Positions 10,131 through 20,299 of a stretch of 64,000 nucleotides of DNA are shown here, in pieces; positions within the stretch are counted from its first letter, which is position 1, and each line of letters opens with the position of its first letter. Under the pieces are notes generated by a model. The model did not search any database. It saw only the letters and a program-made list of their open reading frames with translations, and was not told the DNA's origin. The position numbers and the translations under genes were made by a program. This DNA is from Candidatus Spyradenecus sp. (GTDB lineage Bacteria; Verrucomicrobiota; Verrucomicrobiia; Opitutales; UBA953), in the NCBI GenBank assembly GCA_045535075.1, contig JAZSKX010000013.1, forward strand, positions 32,001 to 96,000. Direction: 5' to 3'.

Positions 10131-11747
10131 ATGCTAAAAACTCTTTTCTTCGTGCTTATTTCATTGTTCGGGTTCGCGTGCGGATTAAACGCCTCCGTTC
10201 CCGCTGAAAATCTGCCGCTGGTTCCGGCCCCGAAACAAATCGAATTTACGGGGAAAAGCCGTTTTGATGTTCCGTCTTCTCTGACGATCGGCGCACCCAA
10301 ATCTCTTGCGCGCGAGGCGGAGATTTTAAAAAGAATCTTGAAAAAACGTTTGAACGTTGCAGCGACTCCGGCGGCGGGAGCGCAGGGGACGATAAGCCTT
10401 TCCGTTTCTTCCCGTATCAAAAATCGTGAAGGCTACGCGCTGAAGATTTCCCGCAACGGTATCGCGATTGCGGGCGGTTCTCCCGCCGGCGTTTATTATG
10501 GAATTCGCACGTTGGAGCAACTTCTTATTTCGCAGAAAAAACACCTTCCGGAGCTGAAAATTATTGATGAGCCGCGTTTCTCCTATCGGGGGCTGATGCT
10601 CGATCCCGCGCGCAATTTCCTCCCGCTCAAAGACGTGAAACGATTCGTCGAAACAATGGCTTCGTGCAAGTTCAACGTGCTTCATTTTCATCTTAGCGAC
10701 GACCAAGGCTGGCGCATTGAAATCAAAAATCCTAAATACAGGAAACTGATGTCTGCGGGAGCACAGGAAAACAAACCTGCGGGAACGCGCGGCTATTATA
10801 CGCAAAAAGAAATTCGGGAACTCGTCGATTTCGCGGCGGCGCATCACGTCGAAATCATTCCCGAAATTGATATGCCGGGACACAATATGGGCGCAATTTT
10901 TTCCTATCCGGAATTGACTTGCGAATATGTCCGCCGCGTCAACGCCGATCCCGATCTTTTAAAGAAAAACAATAAAATGAAAATCGAGATCTGGAGTAAA
11001 GCAGGGGTTTCCGAAGCCTTGCTCTGCGCCGGAAAAAAGTCGACGTATGCATTTTTTGATGACGTATTGGGCGAAATCTGCCGCTTGTTTCCGTCAAAAC
11101 GCTTCCACCTCGGCGGCGATGAAGCTCCCGCAAAATGCTGGGATCATTGCAAGGATTGCCGGGCGTTTATGAAAAAAGAGGGGTTGAAAAATACGCAGGA
11201 ACTCATGGCGTATTTCTTCCAACGTAATTTCGATTCCCTCGCAAAAGCCGGTAAAACGGCACTTTATTGGTACGAGCTCGACGTGCCGAAATACCCGAAA
11301 AATGCCGTAATGTACGCGTGGCGCATGGGACTGACAAAGCAGACAATTGATCGCGCTTTGCGGGAAGGTTACAAAGTTATTTGTTGCCCGGGCGAATATG
11401 CTTACTTGGACTATCCGCAAACCCGAAGCGAATCCAACCACGGCTGGATGCCGATGACGACGCTCAAACGTTCCTACGAATTCGACCCCGGATACGGACA
11501 CCCGAAAAACGAAGAAGCCTCAATTCTCGGTTGCGAAGGCACGCTTTGGGCGGAGCATTTGCCTACTCTCGAACAAATTTACGGAAAGGCGTTCCCGCGC
11601 GCACTGGCACTCGTCGAAGCCGGATGGACTCCTATGGCACGCCGTGACTGGGAAAACTTTAAGCTCCGCGTAGCTCCGATTGTGCGCGATATGCGCAAAA
11701 ACGGTGTTCCTGCTTATTGGCCGGAAGACGAATTCGGCAAAGAGTAA
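10131..11747 (+). CDS. Beta-N-acetylhexosaminidase (GH20), secreted
   Basis: Signal peptide; DEPRFSYRGLMLD, HLSDDQGWR, PEIDMPGH, catalytic HLGGDE. Confidence 0.92.
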   Translation: MLKTLFFVLISLFGFACGLNASVPAENLPLVPAPKQIEFTGKSRFDVPSSLTIGAPKSLAREAEILKRILKKRLNVAATPAAGAQGTISLSVSSRIKNREGYALKISRNGIAIAGGSPAGVYYGIRTLEQLLISQKKHLPELKIIDEPRFSYRGLMLDPARNFLPLKDVKRFVETMASCKFNVLHFHLSDDQGWRIEIKNPKYRKLMSAGAQENKPAGTRGYYTQKEIRELVDFAAAHHVEIIPEIDMPGHNMGAIFSYPELTCEYVRRVNADPDLLKKNNKMKIEIWSKAGVSEALLCAGKKSTYAFFDDVLGEICRLFPSKRFHLGGDEAPAKCWDHCKDCRAFMKKEGLKNTQELMAYFFQRNFDSLAKAGKTALYWYELDVPKYPKNAVMYAWRMGLTKQTIDRALREGYKVICCPGEYAYLDYPQTRSESNHGWMPMTTLKRSYEFDPGYGHPKNEEASILGCEGTLWAEHLPTLEQIYGKAFPRALALVEAGWTPMARRDWENFKLRVAPIVRDMRKNGVPAYWPEDEFGKE

Positions 11748-11949
11748 ATATTTTTTTAGTGTAAAAATTACAAAATTTCCCCTCAAAACAGGGCGTGGTG
11801 ATTTTGGGATTTTGTTCCCGAGGCAAAATGGGCGCAGTAAATGTCGTCTCGGGGTTTCGCACACAAAACCATTCCTCCTGTAAGGGCAAAAGAACAGCCG
11901 TTCTGCTTTAATTCTTAATCTTTAACGCATTATCGTCTATAATGTCCGT

Positions 11950-13089
11950 ATGCGTAAAATCATTCTCCTCGGGGCGACGGGTTCTATCGGCGAAAACACA
12001 CTCGAAGTCATCGATGCTCATCGCGATGAAATTGAGCTTGTCGGTGTTGCCGCTAATACGCGCTGGCGGGAACTTGCCGCGATTGCTCAAAAATACGTCG
12101 TTAAAGATGTTGCAATTTTTGACGAACGTGCGGCGCGAGAAGCCCGGGAGTCCGGTTTGTTTCCTGCGGGAACGCGCTTCTATGTCGGCTTGGACGGCCT
12201 GATTGAAATTGCGACGCTTGCCGAAGCGGATCTTGTCATCACGGCGGTTGTCGGAACATTGGGACTGAAACCGACACTGGCGGCGATTCGCAGCGGCAAG
12301 GATGTTGCGGTTGCGAGCAAGGAAATCCTCGTTCTCGCCGGACAATTCGTTATGTCGGAAGCGCGGGAACGCGGTGTGAAAATTTTGCCGATGGACAGCG
12401 AGCACAACGCGATTTTCCAATGTATCGGCGAGGAAAGGCGCTATGTCGATCGGATTATTCTTACGGCGAGCGGCGGCGCTTTTCGCGATTACACGCCGGA
12501 GGAAATGGCACGGGTCGTTCCCGCAGATGCGCTTAAAAACCCGAATTGGAACATGGGGCCGAAAGTAACGGTTGATTCGTCCAGTATGGCTAACAAGGGT
12601 TTGGAACTGATTGAGGCGACTTGGCTTTTCGATCTGCCGGAATCGCGCATTGATATTGTTGTTCACCCGCAAAGCATCGTGCATTCGATGGTGAAATTTT
12701 ACGACGGTTCGGTTCTTGCACAACTCGCGCCGCCGTCAATGACTTTTCCGATTCAACACTGCATTTTCTATCCGCAGCGGCTTGCGGGAACGCGCCCGTC
12801 GCTGGATTTTTCGCAAGCGCTTTCGTTGGAATTCCGCGCGCCCGATTACGAAAAGTATAAATGCCTGCGCTTAGCGCGAGCGGCCTCGCGCGCCGGAGGA
12901 ATTGCTCCCGCAGTTTTCAACGCCGCCAACGAAGTTGCCGTCGATGCGTTTTTAAAAGGGAAGATTCCCTACCTTGAAATTCCGGAAATTATCGAAAATT
13001 GCCTCGAAAAAATTCCGGCTCGCGTTCCCGCAGATTTGGAGGATGTTTTGGCGGTTGATGCCGAAGCGCGTCGCCTCGCGGCTTTATAA
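11950..13089 (+). CDS. dxr: 1-deoxy-D-xylulose-5-phosphate reductoisomerase
   Basis: LLGATGSIG, PMDSEHNAIFQ, TASGG, PNWNMGPKVTVDS, NKGLELIEA. Confidence 0.96.
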   Translation: MRKIILLGATGSIGENTLEVIDAHRDEIELVGVAANTRWRELAAIAQKYVVKDVAIFDERAAREARESGLFPAGTRFYVGLDGLIEIATLAEADLVITAVVGTLGLKPTLAAIRSGKDVAVASKEILVLAGQFVMSEARERGVKILPMDSEHNAIFQCIGEERRYVDRIILTASGGAFRDYTPEEMARVVPADALKNPNWNMGPKVTVDSSSMANKGLELIEATWLFDLPESRIDIVVHPQSIVHSMVKFYDGSVLAQLAPPSMTFPIQHCIFYPQRLAGTRPSLDFSQALSLEFRAPDYEKYKCLRLARAASRAGGIAPAVFNAANEVAVDAFLKGKIPYLEIPEIIENCLEKIPARVPADLEDVLAVDAEARRLAAL

Positions 13090-13147
13090 TTATCGTCCGC
13101 AAAAATTTCCGCTTTTCTTGAGTCGGAAAGTGAATTATTTTTTCATT

Positions 13148-13813
13148 ATGAAAGCTTTATCCCCTGTTTCAAAACGGAAGGCATTTACACTCGTCGAAGT
13201 CTTGGTCGTTGTCGGCGTTATTGCGATTCTTGCCGCAGTTACCGTCGGGCTTTTGGGTCCGGTGGAAAACGCAATCAGAACATCGAATGCGAAAGCGCAA
13301 TGCGACAAGATTTCCATGGCGGTGGAGGACTTTAAATCGACTTATGGCGAGTATCCGATGCTTGAAGATTCGGGCGATCAGGAAGATTGGGAAAAATTGC
13401 TCATGGATTCGATGCGCGGCGACAAAATCCTCGTACGAAAGGGCGGGAAAATGCAGCTCATCGATTTTGATGACGGGAAATCGGATGCCGAACGCCGCCC
13501 GTTTTTGGAACTCAGTGAATTTTCGTTTGATAGTGAAGATGTCGATTCCGCCACTAAAATTCTCGACCCGTGGGAAAACCCGTGGCAATACCGCTACAAT
13601 GTAATTTCAGGCGGCAAACTCGGGAAGAATTGGTTCGGTCCGACGTTCATTCTAATCTCCGCCGGACCGGAATACGAAGATCCCGTGGGAACCGATGACT
13701 TCTTTACCGGCGATTTGGAAGAAGAAGGGGTGCCGGATTTGGACCCGGACGGAGACGACTACTACTTTGCCGACATCCGCGCCGACAATATTACGAACTT
13801 TGGTGCGAAATAA
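13148..13813 (+). CDS. Prepilin-type N-terminal cleavage/methylation protein (GspG-like pseudopilin)
   Basis: KRKAF/TLVEVLVVVGVIAILAAV class III signal; DPWENPWQY and LISAGP GspG-like motifs. Confidence 0.85.
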   Translation: MKALSPVSKRKAFTLVEVLVVVGVIAILAAVTVGLLGPVENAIRTSNAKAQCDKISMAVEDFKSTYGEYPMLEDSGDQEDWEKLLMDSMRGDKILVRKGGKMQLIDFDDGKSDAERRPFLELSEFSFDSEDVDSATKILDPWENPWQYRYNVISGGKLGKNWFGPTFILISAGPEYEDPVGTDDFFTGDLEEEGVPDLDPDGDDYYFADIRADNITNFGAK

Positions 13814-13837
13814 GCATCTTCCGACTTAGCTTTTCTC

Positions 13838-14629
13838 ATGAACAAAGTCATTTTTTCCATCTGTGCGTTGCTGATTTTCGTCGTTGCCGTGCTCTTTTGT
13901 GCGCGTAGCCTCGGAACGGCGTTCCCGTCGGCGTCAATCGAAGAAAGCGAAGACGAAAATTACAAGCGAGGAAAAACGCTTGCCATGGAAAAAAAAGACG
14001 CCGAAGCGATGGAAGCATTTTATAAAGTCGTTAATTCCCGCGACGAAGCTCCCGAATCGCACTTAGAGTTGGGGTTGCTCGCCTTGCGCCGTGATATGCC
14101 GCTCGATGCCGTTTATCACTTGCGTCAGCATCTGCGCCAAAGCCTTACGGACTCGAAGAAAAGTTTGGTTGAAGATCAGATTCGGGCAGCAACAAAATTG
14201 TTCCTCTCCCAGCAACCGGGACGCCCGTTCGATGCCATTTCCGCCTCGCCGGATTTTGAGAAAAAATACGATTCGCTACGCAAGGAAAACGATGCTCTGA
14301 AGCGGGAACAGCTCGTCTTGCGCAGCCGGATCGCCGATTTGGAAAATCGCCTCGGACACGCAACGACGCCTCCGGTCGCGGGAAGACAGGTCGCCGCAAC
14401 CGCGCCGACGAACACGCGCCCGGTCGTCGCTCCGGCTCCCGATTCGCCCGGCCGGTCCGACATTCCTAAGACGCACACCGTTGTTCGCGGCGACACACTG
14501 ACCAAAATCAGCCAAAAATACTACGGGACGCAAAATCGCTGGCGCGAAATTTACAAATACAACAGCGATACGCTTTCGACGCCGACTTCTCTTAAGCCCG
14601 GAGACAAGTTGAAATTGCCGCCGCAATAA
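13838..14629 (+). CDS. Membrane-anchored TPR-like / coiled-coil / LysM peptidoglycan-binding protein
   Basis: N-terminal hydrophobic segment, TPR-like helices, C-terminal HTVVRGDTLTKISQKYYG...LKPGDKLKLP. Confidence 0.85.
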   Translation: MNKVIFSICALLIFVVAVLFCARSLGTAFPSASIEESEDENYKRGKTLAMEKKDAEAMEAFYKVVNSRDEAPESHLELGLLALRRDMPLDAVYHLRQHLRQSLTDSKKSLVEDQIRAATKLFLSQQPGRPFDAISASPDFEKKYDSLRKENDALKREQLVLRSRIADLENRLGHATTPPVAGRQVAATAPTNTRPVVAPAPDSPGRSDIPKTHTVVRGDTLTKISQKYYGTQNRWREIYKYNSDTLSTPTSLKPGDKLKLPPQ

Positions 14630-14636
14630 TTTTCCG

Positions 14637-15713
14637 ATGCGTCTCAATCGACTGCGCGTTTCGCAATTCCGCAATGTGGAATTTGCCGATTTGCCGCTCA
14701 CGGGAACACGAACTTTTCTCTTCGGCGAAAACGCCCAAGGGAAAACGAATTTGTTGGAATCCGCGAGCTTGCTGACGGCGTTGCGTTCCTTTCGCACGCG
14801 CGACTTGCGGCAACTCGTCCGCCACGGCACGAAAACGGCGCAGGCTGCCTTTGAATTGGAACACGAATTCGAGGGAGAAACCTCGGTTCTCCTCACAATC
14901 GAAAGCACGGGAACGAAACGCGTCGAAATCGGCGCGGGAACGCTCGTAAAACGCATGTGCGATTTTGTCGGACGTTTTCCGGCTGTCGTTTTTTCGTCGG
15001 AAGACGTTGCGATTTTGCGTGGCGCGCCGGGCGTTCGGCGACGTTGGTTCGACGTTACTTTTTCGGCAATTAATGTCGAATATCTCGCGCATTTGCAGCG
15101 TTTTTACCGAGCGCTTGAATCCAGAAACAAGCTTTTGAAAAATGATATTTCCGCAAGCGCTCAATTTTCGGCGTTCGAGAAAATCATGGCGGAAAGCGGC
15201 GACTTTCTCGTGCGTTCCCGTGAGCGGGAATTAAAAATTTTATCAGAAAAATTCACGGATTTTGCACAGCGGATTTTGGCGAATTCCGCAAGCGCCGAGT
15301 TAATTTATTCCCCCGGATTTCGCGCGGAGAATCCTTCCGCGTGGGAAGATTTCTTCGAGCGTTCCCGCCGTACGGATTTCATATTTCATGCAACGCAAAA
15401 AGGCCCGCATCGGGATGATTTTCATTTCAAATTAAACGGAAAGGATGCCGCCGACTTCGCATCCGAAGGACAGCAACGCGGGCTTTCGCTTGCTCTCGGG
15501 CTTGCTCAACTCTCGCTATTCCGCGAACGCACACGCATCGCGCCGCTTGTGCTGGCGGACGACGTGCTCAGCGAATTAGACCCGATCCGGCGCGAAAATT
15601 TCTGGCGGGAAGTCGGCGCGGATTTACAGGTAATTGCCACGGGAACGCAGTTGCCGCCCAATCCGGAAGCGTGGCAAATCTTTAAAGTCGTAAACGGAAC
15701 TTACTTACAATGA
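14637..15713 (+). CDS. recF: DNA replication/repair protein RecF
   Basis: GENAQGKTNLLE, GPHRDD, ASEGQQR, LADDVLSELD. Confidence 0.93.
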   Translation: MRLNRLRVSQFRNVEFADLPLTGTRTFLFGENAQGKTNLLESASLLTALRSFRTRDLRQLVRHGTKTAQAAFELEHEFEGETSVLLTIESTGTKRVEIGAGTLVKRMCDFVGRFPAVVFSSEDVAILRGAPGVRRRWFDVTFSAINVEYLAHLQRFYRALESRNKLLKNDISASAQFSAFEKIMAESGDFLVRSRERELKILSEKFTDFAQRILANSASAELIYSPGFRAENPSAWEDFFERSRRTDFIFHATQKGPHRDDFHFKLNGKDAADFASEGQQRGLSLALGLAQLSLFRERTRIAPLVLADDVLSELDPIRRENFWREVGADLQVIATGTQLPPNPEAWQIFKVVNGTYLQ

Positions 15714-16279
15714 TGAAATTTATTTTGGCATCGGCATCGCCGCGCCGTCGGGAACTGCTCGCAAAAGCCGGTTTTCAATTTGAAGTTCAGACGGCGGATG
15801 TTGTCGAAGATGAAAATCCGGACGGCAATCCGCGAGAAGCCGTCGCGCACAATGCGCGGATAAAAGCGCTCGCCGTCGCAGAAAAAAATCCCGACGCGCT
15901 CGTTTTAGGCTCAGATACAACGGTGGCGTTCGGCGGAAAGGTTTTCAACAAACCCGCAAATCTCGACGAAGCGCGGGAAATGCTCAAAACCCTCGGCGGG
16001 AACACGCACACGGTTTACACGGGTGTTTGCCTGATTCATAAAAAATCCGGGCTCTGCGAGGAAAACGTCTACGCCTGCAACGTTACATTCAAACCGCTCG
16101 ACGACGCGATTGTCGATTTGTACTTCAAAATCGTCAATCCGCTCGACAAGGCCGGCGCATACGGTATTCAGGAAGGGCGGGAGCTCATTATTGAGGCTTA
16201 TGACGAACCGCTGAGCAATATCATGGGGCTTCCAGTCGAACTTATTTCCGGACGCATTCGTGAAATCCTTTCCTGCTAG
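15710..16279 (+). CDS. maf: Maf family nucleoside triphosphate pyrophosphatase
   Basis: ILASASPRRRELL, GSDT, DKAGAYGIQ, NIMGLP. Confidence 0.93.
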   Translation: MMKFILASASPRRRELLAKAGFQFEVQTADVVEDENPDGNPREAVAHNARIKALAVAEKNPDALVLGSDTTVAFGGKVFNKPANLDEAREMLKTLGGNTHTVYTGVCLIHKKSGLCEENVYACNVTFKPLDDAIVDLYFKIVNPLDKAGAYGIQEGRELIIEAYDEPLSNIMGLPVELISGRIREILSC

Positions 16280-16351
16280 CCGATTTTCATGTTTCCCGTG
16301 GGAGCTGATTTATGATTTCATAACCCGAAAACTTTTTTAATTCTTCTAACC

Positions 16352-17824
16352 ATGAAATACATTTCCACGCGCGGACTCGCGCCCGAAGTTTCCTCAACCG
16401 AAGCACTTCTAAACGGTATCGCACCCGACGGCGGGCTTTACGTTCCCGCCGAAATTCCCTCTAAAAGTGCGCTCCCGAACTGGCTCGAAGCCGATTGCGA
16501 TTACGCGGGAACGATGCGCAAACTCCTCGCGCTGTTTTTTGACGATATTCCCGAAAATGTGCGCAACGCCGCCGTCGAACGCTCTGTTGCGCGCTTCGCA
16601 AATCCCGCCGTTCCCGTGCCGTTTAATCCGGTTTGCGACAACGTCGTTTTCATGGACTTGGCACAGGGCCCGACCGCCGCGTTTAAGGACGTTGCGCTGA
16701 CGATTTTGCCGACGCTCTTGCAATACGCCGCAGAGCAGGCGGGACTGAAAAAAGCCGCAATCCTCACGGCGACGAGCGGAGACACCGGCTCGGCGGCGAT
16801 GCGCGGCTTCGCGGATGTCGCGGGAACGGAAGTGCTCGTGTTTTTCCCGAAGACGGGAACGTCCGAAATTCAGCGTCGCCAAATGGTTTGTTGCGAGGGC
16901 GGGAACGTGCATGCCTGCGCCATCGAAGGCAATTTCGACGACGCGCAGGCAGGCGTGAAAACCGTTTTCGCTGATGAAAAAATCCGCGCCGATGCCGCCG
17001 CCAAGGGAATTTTCCTTTCCAGCGCCAATTCGATTAATATCGGGCGCCTGTTCCCGCAGGTTTGCTACTACATTATGGCGTGGCGGCAACTGCATTTCTC
17101 CTGCATTCTCGGCGACGAAGGCTTTGATGTTGTCGTGCCGACGGGGAATTTCGGAAACATTCTTGCGGCGTTTTACGCGAAAAAACTCGGCGCGCCGATT
17201 CGCCGTTTCATCGTCGCGTCGAACGAAAACAACGTCGTTGCCGAATTCATCAAAACCGGAGTTTACGACACGCATCGCGCGTTCAAAATCACCAATTCGC
17301 CCTCAATGGACATTTTGGTTTCGTCGAATATCGAGCGTTTTATTTTTGAAATTTCCGGGCGCGATTCCGCGTGGACGCGCGAAAGCATGGCGTCGCTCAA
17401 AGCGAGCGGCGTGTTCCGTTTTGACGACGAAAAACGCCGCGCGGCGGAAGACGCCGGCTTTGATTCGGGCTTTGCGACGATGACGGAAACCGAAGCGGCG
17501 ATTGCGGAAATTCACCGCGATGCGAATTATTTTGCGGACCCGCACACGGCGATCGGCTGGAAAGTTCTGCGCGAACTCGGCAATCGCGGAAGCGTTCCCG
17601 CCGTCATTGCGGAAACGGCGGCTCCGTGGAAATTCCCGGCGACAATGCTGCGCGCGCTCACGGGAACCTGCGGGAATGACGATTTTGAAAATCTGAAAAA
17701 ACTCGGCGAGATTATCGGGCAAACGCCTCGCTTTGCCGAGCTTGAAACCGCTCCCGTGCGCCACGATTTGGTTTGCGCGAAAAACCGTGTCGGCAACGCC
17801 GTCCGCTCCGTTTTCGGGATTTAG
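16352..17824 (+). CDS. thrC: Threonine synthase
   Basis: YISTRG, GPTAAFKD, ATSGDTG, SANSINIGRL, PTGNFGNI, SPSMDI. Confidence 0.93.
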   Translation: MKYISTRGLAPEVSSTEALLNGIAPDGGLYVPAEIPSKSALPNWLEADCDYAGTMRKLLALFFDDIPENVRNAAVERSVARFANPAVPVPFNPVCDNVVFMDLAQGPTAAFKDVALTILPTLLQYAAEQAGLKKAAILTATSGDTGSAAMRGFADVAGTEVLVFFPKTGTSEIQRRQMVCCEGGNVHACAIEGNFDDAQAGVKTVFADEKIRADAAAKGIFLSSANSINIGRLFPQVCYYIMAWRQLHFSCILGDEGFDVVVPTGNFGNILAAFYAKKLGAPIRRFIVASNENNVVAEFIKTGVYDTHRAFKITNSPSMDILVSSNIERFIFEISGRDSAWTRESMASLKASGVFRFDDEKRRAAEDAGFDSGFATMTETEAAIAEIHRDANYFADPHTAIGWKVLRELGNRGSVPAVIAETAAPWKFPATMLRALTGTCGNDDFENLKKLGEIIGQTPRFAELETAPVRHDLVCAKNRVGNAVRSVFGI

Positions 17825-18043
17825 AGATTCCCTCGCGGGGCGCGGCGTTGCTGGGCGGCGCGGGAACGTAAAACGATAAATTTCCGAGGCAAGTTTTTAG
17901 AACGGCGGAAAACGTTTTTTGATACTCGGTGTGGTTGTGTCTCTGCAAGAGAAAATCGGAAGCGCCGCTGAAGCGTGCCGAAATAAATCAAATCGAAAAA
18001 AAAGCATTGCGGAAAACCTCGCCGAGCTTAAAAAGATGACTTA

Positions 18044-19501
18044 ATGAAATCAGATGCTTCAAAAGCTTTTCCCGTAGCAACGGAAGCGTTGAAAAATGCG
18101 CTTGGGGGCGAGGCGGTTCGAACGGACGCCGAAGCGCTTTTTGCCGCGTCGTTCGACAATACGAAACTTTCGTTTTTGCCGGAAGCCGTCGTGTTTCCGC
18201 GCGACGAAAATGATATTGCGACGACACTAAAACTTGCCTATGCGCACGGCGTTCCCGTGACGGTGCGCGGCGCGGGAAGCGGAACGACAGGCGCAGCGGC
18301 GCCGGTTTGCGGCGGCTGGGTTGTTTCACTTGCGCATTGGACGAAGTGTGAGATTGATGCCGATTCTGCCTTGGCGCTTGTCGAGCCGGGTGTTGTTACG
18401 CAGGCGATTTCCGACGCGGCGCGGGAACACGGGCTTTTTTATCCGCCGGATCCCGCAAGCGTAAAACATTGCACAATCGGCGGAAACATCGCCACGAATG
18501 CCGGCGGCCTGCGGGCGGCAAAATACGGAGTAACGCGCGATTACGTCGTCGCACTCGAAGGATTTTTACCGACGGGCGAAAAAGTGCGTTGGGGCGGCAA
18601 GGTCAAAAAATTTGTCAGCGGCTACAATCTGCGCGATTTATGGGTCGGAGCGGAAGGCACGCTCGGCATTATCACGCGGGCCGTTTTGCGCTTGGAGCCG
18701 ATTCCCGAGGCTCGCCATACGTTTTTGTGTATGTTTGCGGGCGATGCGAGCGGCTTGCGCGCGTCGCAGGCGCTTCTGCGGGAACGCGTTAATCCGTCGG
18801 TTTTGGAATTTATGGACGCGCTTTCCGTGCGTTGCGCCTTAGAAGAAAAGGGCGAGACGATTTCGGGAATTGAGTGCGGCGATTCGGTTTTACTGGTGGA
18901 GATTGACGGTTCCCGTGCCGAGCTTGAGCCTGCAATCGAAAAAGTTCGCGCTTGGGCAAAAAAATATGCGCGTGTATTTCGCGAAACTTCCGATTCCGCC
19001 GAAGCCGAAAAACTTTGGGAAATCCGCCGCGCCTGCTCGCCGGCGATGTTCCGTTTGGCAAATTCAAAATTAAACGAAGACATCGTTGTTCCGCTTGAAA
19101 ATTACATCCCGCTTTTTGACGCAATGCGCGACATAACGCGTGAAACCGGTTTGCAAACGCCGATTTTCGGGCATGCCGCCGACGGCAATTTTCACGTTCA
19201 CATTATGTACAATCGCGAAAATCCGCGGGAACGCGATTTAGCGCAGAAAGCAATTTTTCGGGTAATGAAATCCGTTGTCGATTTAGGCGGCGTCATTACG
19301 GGAGAGCACGGAATCGGCTTGGCAAAATCGCCGTTTTTGGCGCTTCAGCACACGCCGGCGGAAATCGAGGCGATGCGCGCCGTCAAAAAAGCGCTCGACC
19401 CGAAAAACATTCTCGGACGCGGAAAAATATTTGAAGCGTTCAATGTTTGGAACTGCGAACCGGTTTCCGTCAAATTACCTTGGGATCGGAAAAAAGCTTA
19501 A
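18044..19501 (+). CDS. FAD-linked oxidase, GlcD / D-lactate dehydrogenase family
   Basis: RGAGSG, YPPDPAS, TIGGNIATNAGG, GHAADGNFH, TGEHGIG. Confidence 0.88.
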   Translation: MKSDASKAFPVATEALKNALGGEAVRTDAEALFAASFDNTKLSFLPEAVVFPRDENDIATTLKLAYAHGVPVTVRGAGSGTTGAAAPVCGGWVVSLAHWTKCEIDADSALALVEPGVVTQAISDAAREHGLFYPPDPASVKHCTIGGNIATNAGGLRAAKYGVTRDYVVALEGFLPTGEKVRWGGKVKKFVSGYNLRDLWVGAEGTLGIITRAVLRLEPIPEARHTFLCMFAGDASGLRASQALLRERVNPSVLEFMDALSVRCALEEKGETISGIECGDSVLLVEIDGSRAELEPAIEKVRAWAKKYARVFRETSDSAEAEKLWEIRRACSPAMFRLANSKLNEDIVVPLENYIPLFDAMRDITRETGLQTPIFGHAADGNFHVHIMYNRENPRERDLAQKAIFRVMKSVVDLGGVITGEHGIGLAKSPFLALQHTPAEIEAMRAVKKALDPKNILGRGKIFEAFNVWNCEPVSVKLPWDRKKA

Positions 19502-19532
19502 TTTCGCAAGGGCAAAAGGAAGTCGGAAATCA

Positions 19533-20297
19533 ATGAATCCATTTAGAAATTTCGCACTTCCTTTTCTCTTTTATTGGTTTCGCGGCGTACTTGATGTCGT
19601 GTTCCCGCGTTCGTGCGTCATTACGGGCAAGGCGCTGGAAGAAGGAGAGTTAAGCTACATTTGCGAAGAAGGAGCCAAACTTCTCTATTGCATCCACGCG
19701 GCAAGCGCATGCCCGCGATGCGGCGCTTTTCTCGGCGAAAATCCGGCAACGAAGAACATTTGTCCGAACTGCATCAATCGCGGGAACGAAGACTTGCAAA
19801 TTGGGCGCTCCCGCAGCGTCGTCTGCTTAGACAGCTTTTCGCGTCCGATTGTTTTTTCCCTGAAATATTGGAAACTTCCGTCGATCGCCCGCGATATGGC
19901 TGTTCTGGCAACGCGCTCCCGCGGATTTGTTGAATATTTGCAAGACGCGATTCTTGTGCCGGTACCGCTTTGCAAAAAGCGTCTGCGTTCCCGCGGATAC
20001 AACCAGAGCTTGTGCTTGGCTAAAGCGCTTGCAGCCGTTTCCTCCGGAACTTGCGTGGCGGATGTTCTTGAACGCACACGCGACACGGGAACGCAGACGC
20101 ATTTGGATGCGGAAGCACGCAGGGAAAATGTTCGCGGAGCATTTGTCGCTAAGGGGAACTTTACGGCGAATCCTAAAAAGCGTTATATTCTGATCGACGA
20201 TGTTTTTACAACGGGATCGACGCTTTCCGAGTGCGCCGTTGCGTTACGACGTCGCGGAGCCGTCAGAGTCGACGCCGCGACGTTTGCTCACGGATAG
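19533..20297 (+). CDS. comF: ComF family competence protein (zinc ribbon + phosphoribosyltransferase-like)
   Basis: CPRCG...CPNC zinc ribbon, LVPVPL...RGYNQS, LIDDVFTTGSTL. Confidence 0.88.
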   Translation: MNPFRNFALPFLFYWFRGVLDVVFPRSCVITGKALEEGELSYICEEGAKLLYCIHAASACPRCGAFLGENPATKNICPNCINRGNEDLQIGRSRSVVCLDSFSRPIVFSLKYWKLPSIARDMAVLATRSRGFVEYLQDAILVPVPLCKKRLRSRGYNQSLCLAKALAAVSSGTCVADVLERTRDTGTQTHLDAEARRENVRGAFVAKGNFTANPKKRYILIDDVFTTGSTLSECAVALRRRGAVRVDAATFAHG

Positions 20298-20299
20298 TA

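Noticed and set aside
13148..13813. Pilin-like protein as the ComP-like receptor for the motif
   Set aside because: The globular domain is very acidic, has GspG-like motifs and lacks the disulfide-bonded basic surface of ComP; nothing links it to the motif.
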